A stretch of DNA of 64,000 nt from Acidobacteriota bacterium (GTDB lineage: Bacteria; Acidobacteriota; UBA890; WLXD01), in assembly GCA_965205505.1 (NCBI GenBank), contig CBDBHB010000009.1:1088001-1152000 (forward strand), written 5' to 3'. The notes below the pieces were generated by a model, which was not told the origin of the DNA, searched no databases, and worked only from the letters and a program-made list of their open reading frames with translations. This document shows positions 1-11,031 of this stretch, piece after piece. How positions within the stretch are numbered: position 1 is the first letter of the stretch; each line of letters opens with the position of its first letter. Both the position numbers and the translations under genes were made by a program.

Positions 1-1029
1 ACCGTAGATGCGCTCGCCGGTCTTGGCATCGAGGCAGAAAATGACACCGTTGTCTTTGATGCTGTAGAAGTAGCGCCCGTCGGTTACGGGCGTGGGTACG
101 TCGGGTCCGTCGTTGAACGACCATAGGCGGTGCGTCTCGGTGATATCGCCGCGGCCGCCGGCGCGCAGCGCCAGCAGCGGCCGTTCTCGCGTCGGCGCGT
201 AGATAACCCTGTCCATGACGACGGCTGACGCGACGATGCGGTAGGCGCCGTTGTTCTCGGGGTTGAGGCCGTCGGAGCGCCAGAGCTCCTCGCCGGTGCC
301 GGGGTCGTGCCCGGTCACCACGTCGCCGCCGGTGAGCACGATCTCGGTGGTGTCGTCGTATTGCAGCAACGCCGGTGTGCCATAGGAGTCGGGAGACTCA
401 CGGATGGCGTCGGTGGGGCGCTCGACACGCCACATGGTCTCGCCGGTGGCTGCGTTGATGCGGAGCAGGTACGGTGTGTCGTCGGTCTTCATGCCGTGCA
501 GCACCTGCACGAAGAGCGCGCTGTCGTACAGCAGCGGCGACGATGCGTAGCCCCAGTTCAACCCGAACCTTCCATAGTCGGCCGGGATGTCGCGACTCCA
601 GCGCTCGTTGCCGTCGAAGTCGAAGGCCTTGAGGATGCCGGTGCCGGTCATCACCCACACGTGTGTGCCGTCGGTGACCGGCGAAGGCGACGACATATTC
701 TGCTTACGTTCGCGGTGATCGTTGTCGCTCAGCACCCGCCCCCAGCGGCTCTTGCCGGTGGCTCGATCGATTGCCCAGAGCGAGATGTTGGTGCCGTCAC
801 CGACGTTCAGGAACACCGTGTCGTCCCAGACGATCGGCGTGGCGCCGCTCCAAGCCGGCAGCTCCAGCTTCCAGGTGATGTTGGTGTCGGCGTCCCAGGT
901 CGTGGGCAGCCCGGTCTCGGCGCTTACGCCGTTGAGCGCCGGTCCGCGCCACTGCGGCCAGTTGTCTCCCTGGCTGCTGGAGGCGGAAGCAAGTAGGATG
1001 ACGAGCGCTGGAATCAGGCTTCTACGCAA
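1..1029 (-). CDS. PQQ-binding-like beta-propeller (BamB-like) secreted protein, 3' end outside window
   Basis: Manual translation from TTG 1029 (GAGG RBS): signal peptide then DNWPQWRGP...[30 protein letters not shown]; frame open to the window edge. Confidence 0.85.
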   Translation of the reverse strand, partial: MRRSLIPALVILLASASSSQGDNWPQWRGPALNGVSAETGLPTTWDADTNITWKLELPAWSGATPIVWDDTVFLNVGDGTNISLWAIDRATGKSRWGRVLSDNDHRERKQNMSSPSPVTDGTHVWVMTGTGILKAFDFDGNERWSRDIPADYGRFGLNWGYASSPLLYDSALFVQVLHGMKTDDTPYLLRINAATGETMWRVERPTDAIRESPDSYGTPALLQYDDTTEIVLTGGDVVTGHDPGTGEELWRSDGLNPENNGAYRIVASAVVMDRVIYAPTRERPLLALRAGGRGDITETHRLWSFNDGPDVPTPVTDGRYFYSIKDNGVIFCLDAKTGERIYG

Positions 1030-1125
1030 CGGGGGGTCCTCGGCCGAGGTGGGCAGGTCGGGGCTCAGAGTGTCGGTTCATTGTAGCGGCCTGAGCGGCG
1101 GTTGGCGCGGCATTGGGGGTGGAGC

Positions 1126-3063
1126 ATGACGGCGCTCGCGTTGTTGCAGGTTGGGGTGACCGCGATTGCGGCGCGCCAGATCGGTCGGTGGCTGATGGGC
1201 TCGCGGTGGGCTTTGGGACCCGCAGGGTTGCAGCTCGCGGCGGAGACCGGCGTTGGCTTGCTGCTGATCTCGTACCTCATCTACGGCGCAGCGATGATCG
1301 GCTATGTGCTGCCCGTCGGGGGAGTCTTGTCACCGACCCTACTGTGGGTGCTGCTCGGAGTGCTCGCCATGATCGCGCTGGTTGGCATTCCCGACTTGTT
1401 GGGAGCAGTTCGTATAGCCGGCGTGGCGCTGGGCCGCGAGCGCTGGTTGATATTCGGGGCGCTTGGCGCGCTGCTCTATTTCGCCTGGATGCTGATGGGA
1501 ACGACCCTGCCTCCCACATCGCTTGACGAAATGGTCTATCACCTCGAGATTCCGGCGCAGATCCTGCGCGTCGGCTACTTGCCGGTGTTTACCGACAACG
1601 TGTTGGCCTACTACCCGATGGGTCCGCAGATGTTGTTTACCTTCGGTCTGGGTATTGCGGGCGACATGGCGGCACGGATGTTCCACCTGCTCTACCTCGG
1701 GCTGGTCATGACCGCACTGTACAGCTACGCACGCACGTTCGTACCGACCCGAAGCGCAGTCCTCGGGACGGCGCTGTTCATGACCGTGCCCACGGTGATG
1801 GTGATCGGTCACTGGGCGTACATCGACATGAACTTCACGCTGTACGGTTTGCTGGCTTTGGTTGGCACTATTCGCTACGTGAACGAGCGCCAGGAAAGCG
1901 AAGCCGCGGCGCTTCGCTGGGCCGTGTTCGCCGGCGTGATGGCCGGGGCGGCGTGGACGGTCAAGTACACGGCGCTGCAGATCGTGCTGCTGCTCGTGCT
2001 GGTAGTGCTCATCGAGCACCTGCGCACGCGTCCTCGAGAGATTCCCTACGGAACGGTCGTAATCGGCGTGATCGCGGTTCTGATGTTCGCTCCCTACCTG
2101 GCGCGGACCTGGAGCATCACGGGCTGGCCGCTGTTTCCCTTCCGCTTGGGTCCGTTCGAGCTCACCGACGCGGTGAACTGGAGCGCCCATCAGTCGGAGC
2201 TCGCGCTCGTCTGGCAACGCCAGTACGGCGCCGGCTACGACCGGGCTCTCTGGGAGCGCTTGATGGCGATGCTGTGGGTGTTTACCTCCGCCGACGCCAA
2301 CTACACGGCCTATGACGGGGTGATCGGCAGCGGGTTCCTGCTTGCCCCATTGGCCTTCACGGTGCGCAACCGCCCGCGTGAGATCCGCATGCTTGGGGTG
2401 TTTGCCGCGGGGTTTATCTTCTACTGGTCATTGACCACGACGCAGGTGCGTTTCCTGTTGCCGATGTTGCCGATAGCAGCCGTCCTGGTGGCGGTGGCTG
2501 CCGCCGATCGATTCAAGCCAATTTGGACAACGCTAATCGGGCTCTTGGTGGCGCTCAACATCTTCGTCGGGCTCGACACGGTGTTTGCGGGTCGCCCGCA
2601 GTTGTTCTGGTCGGGGCAGGAAACGCGCCACGAATTCCTGACGCGGAGGTTGATCGCCTATCAGATCTACGTCGAGGCCAATCGTCGACTGGGGCCGGGC
2701 GACCGGCTCTATCTGGTGAACATGCGCACCTGGGGGTATCTGTTGGACCTGCCGGGCCGCGGCGAGATGAAGCCGTTTCCCAACGGTTGGCGCTCCGACT
2801 ACACCTTCGAGCACTACCGCCTCGAGCGCGCCCTCGTGGAGGCCGCCGGTCCGGGCGGCGTCGCCACCTTCTTCCGCGACCAGGGCATCACGCACTTGAT
2901 GATCGACGAGGAGATAACGCTGTCGTCCGATGCGCTGGCGCCCCGCGAGCTCCGGCTGATGGTGGAGTTCTTGCGCCGTCACGGCACTTTGCTGTACCGC
3001 AACCCGCGTGATGCCGGGCAGTCGCTGTGGCGCCTGAACATCGGGGGAGAGCCGCGATCTTGA
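1126..3063 (+). CDS. Polytopic membrane glycosyltransferase (ArnT/PMT, GT-C-like)
   Basis: Many TM helices; DEMVYHLEIP, YID, WTVKYT and QVRFLLP motifs. Confidence 0.7.
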   Translation: MTALALLQVGVTAIAARQIGRWLMGSRWALGPAGLQLAAETGVGLLLISYLIYGAAMIGYVLPVGGVLSPTLLWVLLGVLAMIALVGIPDLLGAVRIAGVALGRERWLIFGALGALLYFAWMLMGTTLPPTSLDEMVYHLEIPAQILRVGYLPVFTDNVLAYYPMGPQMLFTFGLGIAGDMAARMFHLLYLGLVMTALYSYARTFVPTRSAVLGTALFMTVPTVMVIGHWAYIDMNFTLYGLLALVGTIRYVNERQESEAAALRWAVFAGVMAGAAWTVKYTALQIVLLLVLVVLIEHLRTRPREIPYGTVVIGVIAVLMFAPYLARTWSITGWPLFPFRLGPFELTDAVNWSAHQSELALVWQRQYGAGYDRALWERLMAMLWVFTSADANYTAYDGVIGSGFLLAPLAFTVRNRPREIRMLGVFAAGFIFYWSLTTTQVRFLLPMLPIAAVLVAVAAADRFKPIWTTLIGLLVALNIFVGLDTVFAGRPQLFWSGQETRHEFLTRRLIAYQIYVEANRRLGPGDRLYLVNMRTWGYLLDLPGRGEMKPFPNGWRSDYTFEHYRLERALVEAAGPGGVATFFRDQGITHLMIDEEITLSSDALAPRELRLMVEFLRRHGTLLYRNPRDAGQSLWRLNIGGEPRS

Positions 3064-4166
3064 TGAAGCTGGCCTACCAACGATACGTGCTCCCCGGAAT
3101 CATCTTTCAATCGGTGCTCATCGGCGGGGCGTACGCCACCGGGCGCGAGATCGTCGAGTACGGCGCCAGATTCGGTGCCGCCGGTGTGTGGAGCGTCGTG
3201 GCGATTGGCATCGGCTTCTCGCTGATCAGCGCGGTGTGCTACGAGTTCGCTCGTGTGACCGGCGCGTTCGACTATCGCACCTTGGTACGCGAGCTCATTG
3301 GTCCCGCCTGGCCGCTCTTTGATGTGCTCTACGTCGCCATGGCGGTAGTAGTGATCGCCGTGGTGAGCGCCGCTACCGGCAGCGTCGCCGAGCGCGTGCT
3401 CGGAGCGCCGTACTGGCTGGGTGTGGGGCTGGTGATCGTGCTCGTCGGCTCCATCAACGCTTCTGGCCGCGCCACCATCGAGCGCTTCAAGACGATCGGC
3501 TCGGCGCTTCTGTATGTGGGCTATGCGGCCTTCGCCTGGACGGTGCTGAGCCGGTCGGCGTCCACCGTGGGCAACGCGCTCACCAGCGGGGCAGCGTCGC
3601 TGCCAGCGGAGGTCCCGCTGAGCACGATCCTGGGCACCGGGATGCTCTACGTCGGCTACAACCTGGCCGGCCTGCCCAGCACTCTGTTCGTCATGGATCG
3701 TCATACGTCGCGAAGACAGACCCTCGGAGCCGGACTGATTACCGGCTTGCTGTCGACGGTGCCATTCGTACTCACGTTCTTGGCGGTCATGACGTTCTAC
3801 CCAGACCCCGAGGTGCTCGACGCCGAGGTCCCCTGGCTGACGATGCTGGAGCGCACCGGGGGCGGCTGGCTGATCGCGTTCTACGCGATCGTCGTGCTCT
3901 GGACCCTGGTGGAGACCGGCGTGGGCATGATCCACGCCATGATCGACCGCATCTCGGCGAGCCGCGTCGAGGCTGGCAATGAACCGCTGGGATCAGCGGC
4001 GGCGGGGCTGATCAGCGTCGGTTTGTTAGTGGCCGCGGCGCTGTTGTCGCAGCTGGGAATCATCGCTCTGGTGGCCCAGGGCTACACCTTGATGGCCTAT
4101 GGTTTTCTGGCACTGTTCGCGCTGCCGTTGTTGACGGTCGGGGTGGCCCGTATCTACAGAGCTTGA
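3063..4166 (+). CDS. YkvI-like membrane protein / putative transporter
   Basis: IGGAYATGREIVEY motif; TGATG overlap with upstream gene. Confidence 0.75.
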   Translation: MKLAYQRYVLPGIIFQSVLIGGAYATGREIVEYGARFGAAGVWSVVAIGIGFSLISAVCYEFARVTGAFDYRTLVRELIGPAWPLFDVLYVAMAVVVIAVVSAATGSVAERVLGAPYWLGVGLVIVLVGSINASGRATIERFKTIGSALLYVGYAAFAWTVLSRSASTVGNALTSGAASLPAEVPLSTILGTGMLYVGYNLAGLPSTLFVMDRHTSRRQTLGAGLITGLLSTVPFVLTFLAVMTFYPDPEVLDAEVPWLTMLERTGGGWLIAFYAIVVLWTLVETGVGMIHAMIDRISASRVEAGNEPLGSAAAGLISVGLLVAAALLSQLGIIALVAQGYTLMAYGFLALFALPLLTVGVARIYRA

Positions 4167-4207
4167 CAGCCGCGTTTCGATTAATCAGTCTATCCGCATG
4201 AACGGAT
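4163..4207 (+). promoter_or_regulatory. Putative sigma70 promoter plus palindromic operator over the start of the SahR-like gene
   Basis: TTGACA 4163-4168, 17-nt spacer, weak -10 CAGTCT; ATCCG-N6-CGGAT at 4192-4207. Confidence 0.5.
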
Positions 4208-5157
4208 TGACCGTCACGATCGAAGAGCCCCGTATATTCGACTTGTTGGCCAACCTCGCCGACACCACCCGCACGCGCCTGTTGCTGGTGCTCGAGGGCC
4301 AGGAGTTCACGGTCGGCGAGCTCTGCACCGTGTTGCAGATGCCGCAATCTACGGTAAGCCGGCACTTGAAAGTGCTGGCCGAGGACGGATGGCTGGCGGC
4401 CCTGCCAGACGGCACTAGCCGACGGTATCGAATGTTGGCCCGCAGTCTGCATCACGAGGCAGCCGAGTTGTGGGCGCTGGTGCGGGAGCGCTCGGTGCGT
4501 CTGCCTGCCGCCCGTCAAGACGCTTCGCGGGTGCGCGCCGTGCTGACCGCTCGGCGCAGCCGCTCGCAGGAGTTCTTTGCCTCCGCCGCCGACGATTGGG
4601 ATCGTCTGCGGCGCGACATGTTCGGCGAGCGCATCGATTTGCAGGCGCTACTTGGCCTTGCCGATCCGAACTGGGTGGCCGGCGACCTGGGCTGCGGGAC
4701 GGGACGCATTGCCGAGTCGTTAGCACCGTTCGTCCGCCGTGTGGTGGCGGTCGATAGCTCACGCGAGATGCTCCGGGCGGCTCGCGATCGCCTGCGCGAG
4801 CTCGGCAACGTCGACGTGCGGGAGGGTCGGCTGGAGTCCCTGCCGCTGGCCGACGGCGAGCTCGACGTGGCCATCATGTTCCTGGTGCTCCATTACATCG
4901 TGCAGCCCGAGGCAGCGCTCGCTGAGGCGGCGCGGACGCTGCGTCCGAACGGGCGACTGTTGATCGCCGACATGACGCCGCACGACCGGCGCGCCTACCA
5001 GCACGACATGGGGCACGCCTGGTTGGGATTCTCGCGCCAGCAAATCGCTGGTTGGCTGCGCGACGCCGGATTGAATTCGATCACCCACTACGAGCTACCG
5101 CCGGACCCCGACGCGTCGGGACCAGCGATCTTCGTCGCCTCGGCACGCCGGGCGTAG
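4198..5157 (+). CDS. sahR: ArsR-HTH / SAM-methyltransferase fusion regulator (SahR-like)
   Basis: ArsR HTH ([11 protein letters not shown]) plus DLGCGTG motif; directly upstream of ahcY. Confidence 0.8.
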   Translation: MNGLTVTIEEPRIFDLLANLADTTRTRLLLVLEGQEFTVGELCTVLQMPQSTVSRHLKVLAEDGWLAALPDGTSRRYRMLARSLHHEAAELWALVRERSVRLPAARQDASRVRAVLTARRSRSQEFFASAADDWDRLRRDMFGERIDLQALLGLADPNWVAGDLGCGTGRIAESLAPFVRRVVAVDSSREMLRAARDRLRELGNVDVREGRLESLPLADGELDVAIMFLVLHYIVQPEAALAEAARTLRPNGRLLIADMTPHDRRAYQHDMGHAWLGFSRQQIAGWLRDAGLNSITHYELPPDPDASGPAIFVASARRA

Positions 5158-5168
5158 GAGCAATCAGA

Positions 5169-6668
5169 ATGGAAACCGTTACCGAACAGCTGCACCCCTT
5201 CGACGCCGCGCGCCAGATCAACCGTGAGCCCTTCAAGGTTGCCGATCTGACGCTGGCCGGGCTCGGCCGCAAGGAGATCACCCTGGCGGAGCACGAGATG
5301 CCCGGGTTGATGGAGGTTCGTCGTCGCTACAGCGGCGAGCAGCCGCTGGCTGGCGCCAAGATCATGGGCAGTCTCCACATGACGGTGCAGACCGCCGTGC
5401 TGATCGAGACGTTGGTCGATCTCGGGGCCGACCTACGCTGGGTGTCGTGCAATATTTTTTCTACCCAAGATCCGGCAGCGGCAGCGGTCGCGGTGGGGCG
5501 TCCCGAGACCGGCGGTACGGTCGACAACCCGCGTGGTGTTCCCGTGTACGCCTGGAAAGGGGAGACCTTGGAGGAGTACTGGTGGTGCACCTCCGAGGCG
5601 TTGACTTGGCCCGATGGCTCTGGGCCCGACCTGATTGTCGATGACGGCGGCGATGCCACGCTGGTGATCCACAAGGGATTTGAGTTCGAGGAGGCTGGGG
5701 CGATACCGCACTTCGACCCCGACTCTGACCCCGAGGAGTGGGGTGTGATCCTCGGCCTGCTTCGTAGCGATCTGGAGCGCGATCCGCAGCGCTGGCACAA
5801 GATCGCAGCGTCGCTGCGCGGTGTCTCCGAAGAAACCACCACGGGCGTCAACCGGCTTCGGCAGATGGAAAAGGCCGGCACGCTGTTGGTGCCGGCGATG
5901 AACGTCAACGACTCGGTTACCAAGTCGAAGTTCGACAACATCTACGGTTGCCGCCATTCGGTGCTGGATGGACTCAACCGCGCCACCGACGTCATGATCG
6001 GCGGTAAGCTGGCCGTGGTCTGTGGGTTCGGTGAGGTCGGCAAGGGGTGCGCCCAGGCATTGCGTGGCCAGGGAGCGCGCGTGATCGTCACCGAGATCGA
6101 TCCGATCTGTGCACTGCAGGCGGCGATGGAGGGCTACGAAGTACGAACGCTCGAGAGCGTCGTCGATTCTGCCGACATCTTCGTTACGTCCACCGGCAAC
6201 TTCGACATCATTACCGCCGACCACATGGCGTCGATGAAGGACAAGGCCATCGTCTGCAACATCGGCCATTTCGACAACGAGATCGACATGGCCGGCCTGG
6301 CTCGCCTGCCCGGTATCGAGAAGGTCAACGTCAAGCCGCAGTATGACGAGTGGATCTTCGCCGACGGCCATAGCGTGCTCGTGCTCGCCGAGGGCCGCCT
6401 GATGAACCTCGGTTGCGCCACCGGCCACCCGAGCTTCGTGATGTCGGCGTCGTTTACCAACCAGGTGCTGGCGCAGATGGCGTTGTGGAAGAACGACGAG
6501 GGTTTCGGCAGACAGGTGTACGTGCTGCCCAAGAAGCTCGATGAGGAAGTCGCCCGGCTACACCTGGAGCACCTGAGCGTCGAGCTCACGCGCCTCACCC
6601 AGGAGCAGGCCGACTACTTGGGTGTGGACATCGACGGTCCGTACAAGACCGACGAGTATCGCTACTAG
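5169..6668 (+). CDS. ahcY: Adenosylhomocysteinase
   Basis: [46 protein letters not shown] motifs; AGGAG RBS. Confidence 0.97.
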   Translation: METVTEQLHPFDAARQINREPFKVADLTLAGLGRKEITLAEHEMPGLMEVRRRYSGEQPLAGAKIMGSLHMTVQTAVLIETLVDLGADLRWVSCNIFSTQDPAAAAVAVGRPETGGTVDNPRGVPVYAWKGETLEEYWWCTSEALTWPDGSGPDLIVDDGGDATLVIHKGFEFEEAGAIPHFDPDSDPEEWGVILGLLRSDLERDPQRWHKIAASLRGVSEETTTGVNRLRQMEKAGTLLVPAMNVNDSVTKSKFDNIYGCRHSVLDGLNRATDVMIGGKLAVVCGFGEVGKGCAQALRGQGARVIVTEIDPICALQAAMEGYEVRTLESVVDSADIFVTSTGNFDIITADHMASMKDKAIVCNIGHFDNEIDMAGLARLPGIEKVNVKPQYDEWIFADGHSVLVLAEGRLMNLGCATGHPSFVMSASFTNQVLAQMALWKNDEGFGRQVYVLPKKLDEEVARLHLEHLSVELTRLTQEQADYLGVDIDGPYKTDEYRY

Positions 6669-6716
6669 TGGTCTGTAACAGATGATCGTTGCTTATCGTG
6701 GCGGCGAAATCGGCCC
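6665..6716 (+). repeat. CTAG-end repeat copy 1 (solo MITE-like end on the ahcY stop)
   Basis: CTAGTGGTCTGTAACAGATGATCGTTGC; matches 58616-58666 (reverse complement) over about 50 bp. Confidence 0.8.
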
Positions 6717-6811
6717 GTCTGCGGCGTTGCTCCCCGCCCGCCGGAGCCGCGCCCGCCGGTGGGGCACTCAGCAGTGGCCGCCGCCTACCTTTTGAGCGCT
6801 CCCGCAGGGAC

Positions 6812-7297
6812 TCAGTCGTCCAGCGGTGGAATGCGCAGCACCTGACCGGGATAGATCCGGTCTGGGTCCTCCAGCAGCGGCCGGTTTGCCTCGAAGATCA
6901 CCATGTACTTCATGGCATTGCCGTACTGCGTCTTGGCGATGCCCGACAGGGTGTCGCCGCGCTCGACCGTGTAGAACACCGGATCCGGAGCATCGCCTTC
7001 GAGGCTCAGCTGGTCGTCGATCTGCGACACGCCGCGGACGTTGCCTACTGCCAGGATGATCTTCTCGCGCTGCTCGACGGAGGAGGCGGTTCCCTGCACG
7101 GTTACGACGCCGTCGGCGTATCCGATGCTGAGATCGTCGGGGGCGAGGTTGTGCTTGGTGAGCATCAGGTGCAGCGTCGCCGCCGAGGTGTTTGCCCCTG
7201 CCGGCTTGACCTCCGGTACCTCGGTGACCTCGGGCTCGTTGTCGTCCAGGCCGAGCAGCTTCTCACCGGCTTCCTTGACGAAACTGAACAGGCTCAT
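6812..7297 (-). CDS. BON-LysM protein (Kbp/YgaU family)
   Basis: MSLFSFVKEAGEKL N-terminus; LysM YTVERGDTLSGIA...IYPGQVLRIP. Confidence 0.92.
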   Translation of the reverse strand: MSLFSFVKEAGEKLLGLDDNEPEVTEVPEVKPAGANTSAATLHLMLTKHNLAPDDLSIGYADGVVTVQGTASSVEQREKIILAVGNVRGVSQIDDQLSLEGDAPDPVFYTVERGDTLSGIAKTQYGNAMKYMVIFEANRPLLEDPDRIYPGQVLRIPPLDD

Positions 7298-7425
7298 CAG
7301 ATGCTCCTCGCTGGGCGAGCTCCGCGGTCGGTTGACTCTGGCTGACGGCAGCGGGGCGCACTATAACGCAGTCTAGCAGCCGCGGTGAAAGTGTGGTGGG
7401 TCTGGCTACGGCGAGTCTCCTGGCC

Positions 7426-8025
7426 TCAGAGCGGCCGCCAGACGAATCCTTCGCCGCGACGTAGAAACACGGCGATCGCACGACCGTAGATGTTCTCTTC
7501 GGAAATGCGACCGAACATGCGGCCGTCGTGGCTGTTGCCGCGATAGTCTCCCATCACCAACACGTGGCCTGGCTCGATCGTCACCGGGCCGTACGGCCCG
7601 CCGCCGCCGTTCGAAAGGTTCAGCTCCGCCTGCCGCTCACCGAAGCCCTCGATCCACGCATCTTCGGTGATCTTCCGGCTCTCACCGTTGACCATCAGCA
7701 CGCCGCGTCGGATCTCGACATCGTCGCCGGCGACCGCCACCACGCGTTTGATCAGCCGCTTGCCAGTCTCGGGGGAATCGAAGACCACCACCTCGCCCAC
7801 ACGGGGGGTGTTGCCGTCGGTAAGCTGCCAGCCGAGGAACGGCACGCGGAAGCCATACGTAGTCTTGTTGACGAGCACGCGATCACCGGGCATTAGCGTG
7901 TATTCCATCGAGCTCGTCGGCACGACGTAATGGTCGGCGAGTGATGAACGACCGGAGAACAGCACCAACGCCAGGGCGGCGATGGCCAGGACTTCCTTGC
8001 CGATAGAGCGAATACGACTTCCCAT
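7426..8025 (-). CDS. lepB: Signal peptidase I
   Basis: VPTSSMEYTL, LIKRVVA, MGDYRGNSHDGR boxes. Confidence 0.9.
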   Translation of the reverse strand: MGSRIRSIGKEVLAIAALALVLFSGRSSLADHYVVPTSSMEYTLMPGDRVLVNKTTYGFRVPFLGWQLTDGNTPRVGEVVVFDSPETGKRLIKRVVAVAGDDVEIRRGVLMVNGESRKITEDAWIEGFGERQAELNLSNGGGGPYGPVTIEPGHVLVMGDYRGNSHDGRMFGRISEENIYGRAIAVFLRRGEGFVWRPL

Positions 8026-8130
8026 TGTCCTGAGATTCTGCACGCTTGCCCGGGCTAGGTGCTAGCCGGATTCCGCATTCATCCCCCGGGGTCCTCGGCC
8101 AACACGCGAGTGGCACCGGATGCGAACCTC

Positions 8131-8316
8131 ATGACTCGTCCTGGCCGGATCTATCTCTGCAGTGAGGATGGGGAGATTCTGGTGCTGCGTGCCGACAGCA
8201 GCTTCGAGCACATCGCGACCAACTCGATGGGCGAGCTTCTGATGGCCACGCCGGCGCTATCGGACGGCGTGATGTACGTGCGTGGCGAGCGTAGTCTGTT
8301 CGCCATCGCCCGCTGA
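8131..8316 (+). pseudogene. Orphan C-terminal fragment of a PQQ-like beta-propeller protein
   Basis: [44 protein letters not shown] is the typical last blade; no upstream body. Confidence 0.7.
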
Positions 8317-8384
8317 TCCTTCACGGCGAGGCGATGATTCGAGGCATCGCCAAGCCACCGGGGATGTGAACCGAGGAGATTGAC

Positions 8385-8645
8385 ATGCGGTTGTCTACCC
8401 GAGCGTTCGCGCTTACCTGCGGGGTGTTCTTCGGCGGCACCGTAGCCGTTGTCGGCGCCTTGAACATGCTGTTCCCGAGCTACGGCGCCACCGTGCTGGG
8501 TCTGTTCGCGGCCCTCTTCCCCGGGTATGAGGCCAGCGGTGCGCTCACCGACTGGGTGGCCGGCATCGTCCTGGCATTTGTCGACGGCGTCGTCGGTGGT
8601 AGCGTTTTCGCGTGGTTCTACAACCGGTTTGCCGACGTCGATTGA
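8385..8645 (+). CDS. Small membrane protein
   Basis: GAGGAG RBS; hydrophobic 86 aa ending FAWFYNRF. Confidence 0.75.
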   Translation: MRLSTRAFALTCGVFFGGTVAVVGALNMLFPSYGATVLGLFAALFPGYEASGALTDWVAGIVLAFVDGVVGGSVFAWFYNRFADVD

Positions 8646-8754
8646 GCTGCGCTCCGTCGAGCGTAAGGCCGAGTCGCCCAACGCTGTTACCCTGGTGTGC
8701 GTGGCTGTCACAGAGGGCTTGGCCGAGCCACGCTCAGAGCAAGCAGGAGGCCGG

Positions 8755-9246
8755 ATGACCCGCTATAGCTGGATCGACTCCCCCTTGGGCCGCCTGCTGG
8801 GCGTAGTCGATGCAGCCGGTCTGCGGATGTTGGATTTCGAGGGGTCGCGGAGCGGCGCGCTCGCAGATGAGTGGATCGAAGACGCCGAGGCGCTGGCGGA
8901 CACTTGCGGGCAGCTTGACGAGTACTTTGCCGGCCAGCGGCGTACCTTCGATCTGCCGCTGGCGCCGCATGGCACCGCGTTTCGGCAACGAGTTTGGGAG
9001 CAGCTGCGGATGATCGACTACGGTAAGACGATCTCCTATGGGGAGCTCGCCCGGCGAGTCGGCGATCCCAACGCCGTCCGGGCGGTAGGGCTGGCCAATG
9101 GCGCCAACCCGATCGCGATTATCATTCCTTGCCATCGCGTGATCGGCGCCGACGGCAGCCTGACCGGGTATGGCGGTGGTGTCGAGCGCAAGCGCACGTT
9201 GCTCGAGTTGGAAGGCGTGGCGGCACAGCCGAACTTATTCGACTGA
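8755..9246 (+). CDS. ogt: Methylated-DNA-protein-cysteine methyltransferase
   Basis: IPCHRVIG active site, SYGELA; AGGAGG RBS. Confidence 0.93.
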   Translation: MTRYSWIDSPLGRLLGVVDAAGLRMLDFEGSRSGALADEWIEDAEALADTCGQLDEYFAGQRRTFDLPLAPHGTAFRQRVWEQLRMIDYGKTISYGELARRVGDPNAVRAVGLANGANPIAIIIPCHRVIGADGSLTGYGGGVERKRTLLELEGVAAQPNLFD

Positions 9247-9318
9247 GCGCCGTCGCACGCATCGCGTGCGGCCATCAGCGCCGTGCAGACAGCGCCGCGG
9301 AACGACCGAGCCGGCTTT

Positions 9319-9741
9319 TCATTCAGCGATTCCGGCGGCTCGGACGAACATCGGTCGCAGGTCGCCCGGCACGCGGCAAGAGCGGCTCTGCGCGTTGATC
9401 CACACATGGTCGGTCCGCCCGGTCGCTAGCAACACGGAGTCGCGACGGACTTCGTAGGCGAATTGCATGCCGCGGCTACCGAGACCCTGGATCCACGAGG
9501 TCACTTCGACGGTGTCGCCGTAGCGTGCTGGTCGTCGGTAGCGCACCGACGTGCCGGTCACTGTGAGCCGAAACCCGGTAGGTTCGATGTCGGCGTATGG
9601 GTGTCCGGCATCGGCACATAGCCTGGTCCGCGACAGCTCGAACCACACGAGGTAGTTGGCATGATGCACGATCCCCATGCCGTCGGTTTCGGCGTAGCGT
9701 ACTTCCACCTGAACCGTTGCCCGCTGTGGCTCACTCATCAT
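9319..9741 (-). CDS. Acyl-CoA thioesterase (YbgC/4HBT family)
   Basis: VRYAETDGMGIVHHANYLVWFE. Confidence 0.9.
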   Translation of the reverse strand: MMSEPQRATVQVEVRYAETDGMGIVHHANYLVWFELSRTRLCADAGHPYADIEPTGFRLTVTGTSVRYRRPARYGDTVEVTSWIQGLGSRGMQFAYEVRRDSVLLATGRTDHVWINAQSRSCRVPGDLRPMFVRAAGIAE

Positions 9742-11023
9742 GCGCCAGCCCCTCCGCCGGCGGGCGCCAAGCGGCGGGCTTGCCTCTCATGTGTCGCCAG
9801 GCCGAGACCGTGGCTATCCACGCGTACATGACCGAAGAAACGGGCAACGTCAGCGCGAAGACCGTCGGTGCACCGAGGTAGCCCACCACCGGCAAGAAGT
9901 GCACCGTGGCCAACAACCATGCCAACATCGCCGGTGCTCCCAACAGCACGTCGAGTCGTATGGCGGCATAGATAGTCAGGGCGGGGGGAAGGGCGAACAT
10001 CAGGAGCACGCCCAGCCACAGGACAGGAATGAGGCTGTAGCGGTAGCGCAGTTGCTGGAAGGTAGCGCGCTCCACGGTGCTGCGGACTCGACCCAGCGAG
10101 CCATAGCTTCGTAGGGACGCGAAGTCGGGATCCAGTCCCAACCAGCATTTGCCGCCGCTACGCTTGATTCGCTTCGCCAGCGCCAGCTCGTCGATGTGGC
10201 CACCGAGAGCTTCCAGGCCGCCGATGTCCTCGAATACTTGGCGGCGAACGAGCATCACGCTCCCCGCGGCGGCAGCGGTTCGCGAGCCCGGATCGGAAGC
10301 GCTACGAAACGGAAACATGAAATGGAAGAAGTACAGAAAGGGCGGGATCAACAGCCATTCCCAAAGCATGTCGCAGCGCCGCTTCACGAGCACGGACACG
10401 AGGTCGAGATCTTCTGCGGCGGCCTTTGACAGCAACCGTCCGACCGAGTTGGTCGGATGAAACACGTCGGCGTCGGTGAACAGGATCCATTGATGTTCTT
10501 TGTCTCCCTCCCAATCGTCCAGAGCGGCCGTCGCCCCGGCATTCAAGGCGTTGAGCTTCCCGCTCCACCCCGGTTCGAGCTCGCTGATGCTGATGATCTG
10601 CAGCTTCTGCTCTGCTTCGGTTCCGAGGGTGAGGCGGGTAGCTAGCGACGCCGTGTTGTCGGATGAGCGATCGTCCACCACCACCAGGCGCTGAAACCAG
10701 TCGCTCTGTTTCAGCAGGCGCGGGAAGGTGCGTGGCAGCTCCGCGGCCTCGTTGCGTGCCGGAATGACGAGCGCTAGCTCGCCATGGTCGCCCGGCCGGG
10801 GCTGTCGCGATGCTGCGTCCAGGTGCAAGCTCCATTGCGACGACCACCAGCGGCGGCGGTCGACCACGATGACAAGCCACAGCAGCAGGCCAGCGGCGGC
10901 GGCCACACGTAGGCCTGAATCGAGTAGTTCCGGCGTCACGGTTGCCTCGGCGAACGGCGGTAGTCCGCGGTGATCGGCATTCTGAGGTAGTGTAGCCGGC
11001 TTCTCGACCGGGTACTGGCGCAC
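9731..11023 (-). CDS. GT2 glycosyltransferase, hopene-associated HpnB-like
   Basis: VIPARNEA, DDRSSD, GWSGKL, FTDAD, LLIPPFLYFF motifs; start uncertain. Confidence 0.75.
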   Translation of the reverse strand: MRQYPVEKPATLPQNADHRGLPPFAEATVTPELLDSGLRVAAAAGLLLWLVIVVDRRRWWSSQWSLHLDAASRQPRPGDHGELALVIPARNEAAELPRTFPRLLKQSDWFQRLVVVDDRSSDNTASLATRLTLGTEAEQKLQIISISELEPGWSGKLNALNAGATAALDDWEGDKEHQWILFTDADVFHPTNSVGRLLSKAAAEDLDLVSVLVKRRCDMLWEWLLIPPFLYFFHFMFPFRSASDPGSRTAAAAGSVMLVRRQVFEDIGGLEALGGHIDELALAKRIKRSGGKCWLGLDPDFASLRSYGSLGRVRSTVERATFQQLRYRYSLIPVLWLGVLLMFALPPALTIYAAIRLDVLLGAPAMLAWLLATVHFLPVVGYLGAPTVFALTLPVSSVMYAWIATVSAWRHMRGKPAAWRPPAEGLAHDE

Positions 11024-11031
11024 GGTGGAGG

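Noticed and set aside
307-996. 229-aa plus-strand ORF and many other long antisense ORFs (e.g. 14462-16150, 59434-60414)
   Set aside because: Shadow ORFs of real genes on the opposite strand in high-GC DNA; no motifs.
4167-5168. SAH/SAM riboswitch for ahcY
   Set aside because: Intergenic gaps are only about 30 and 11 nt, leaving no room; a protein regulator explains the control.
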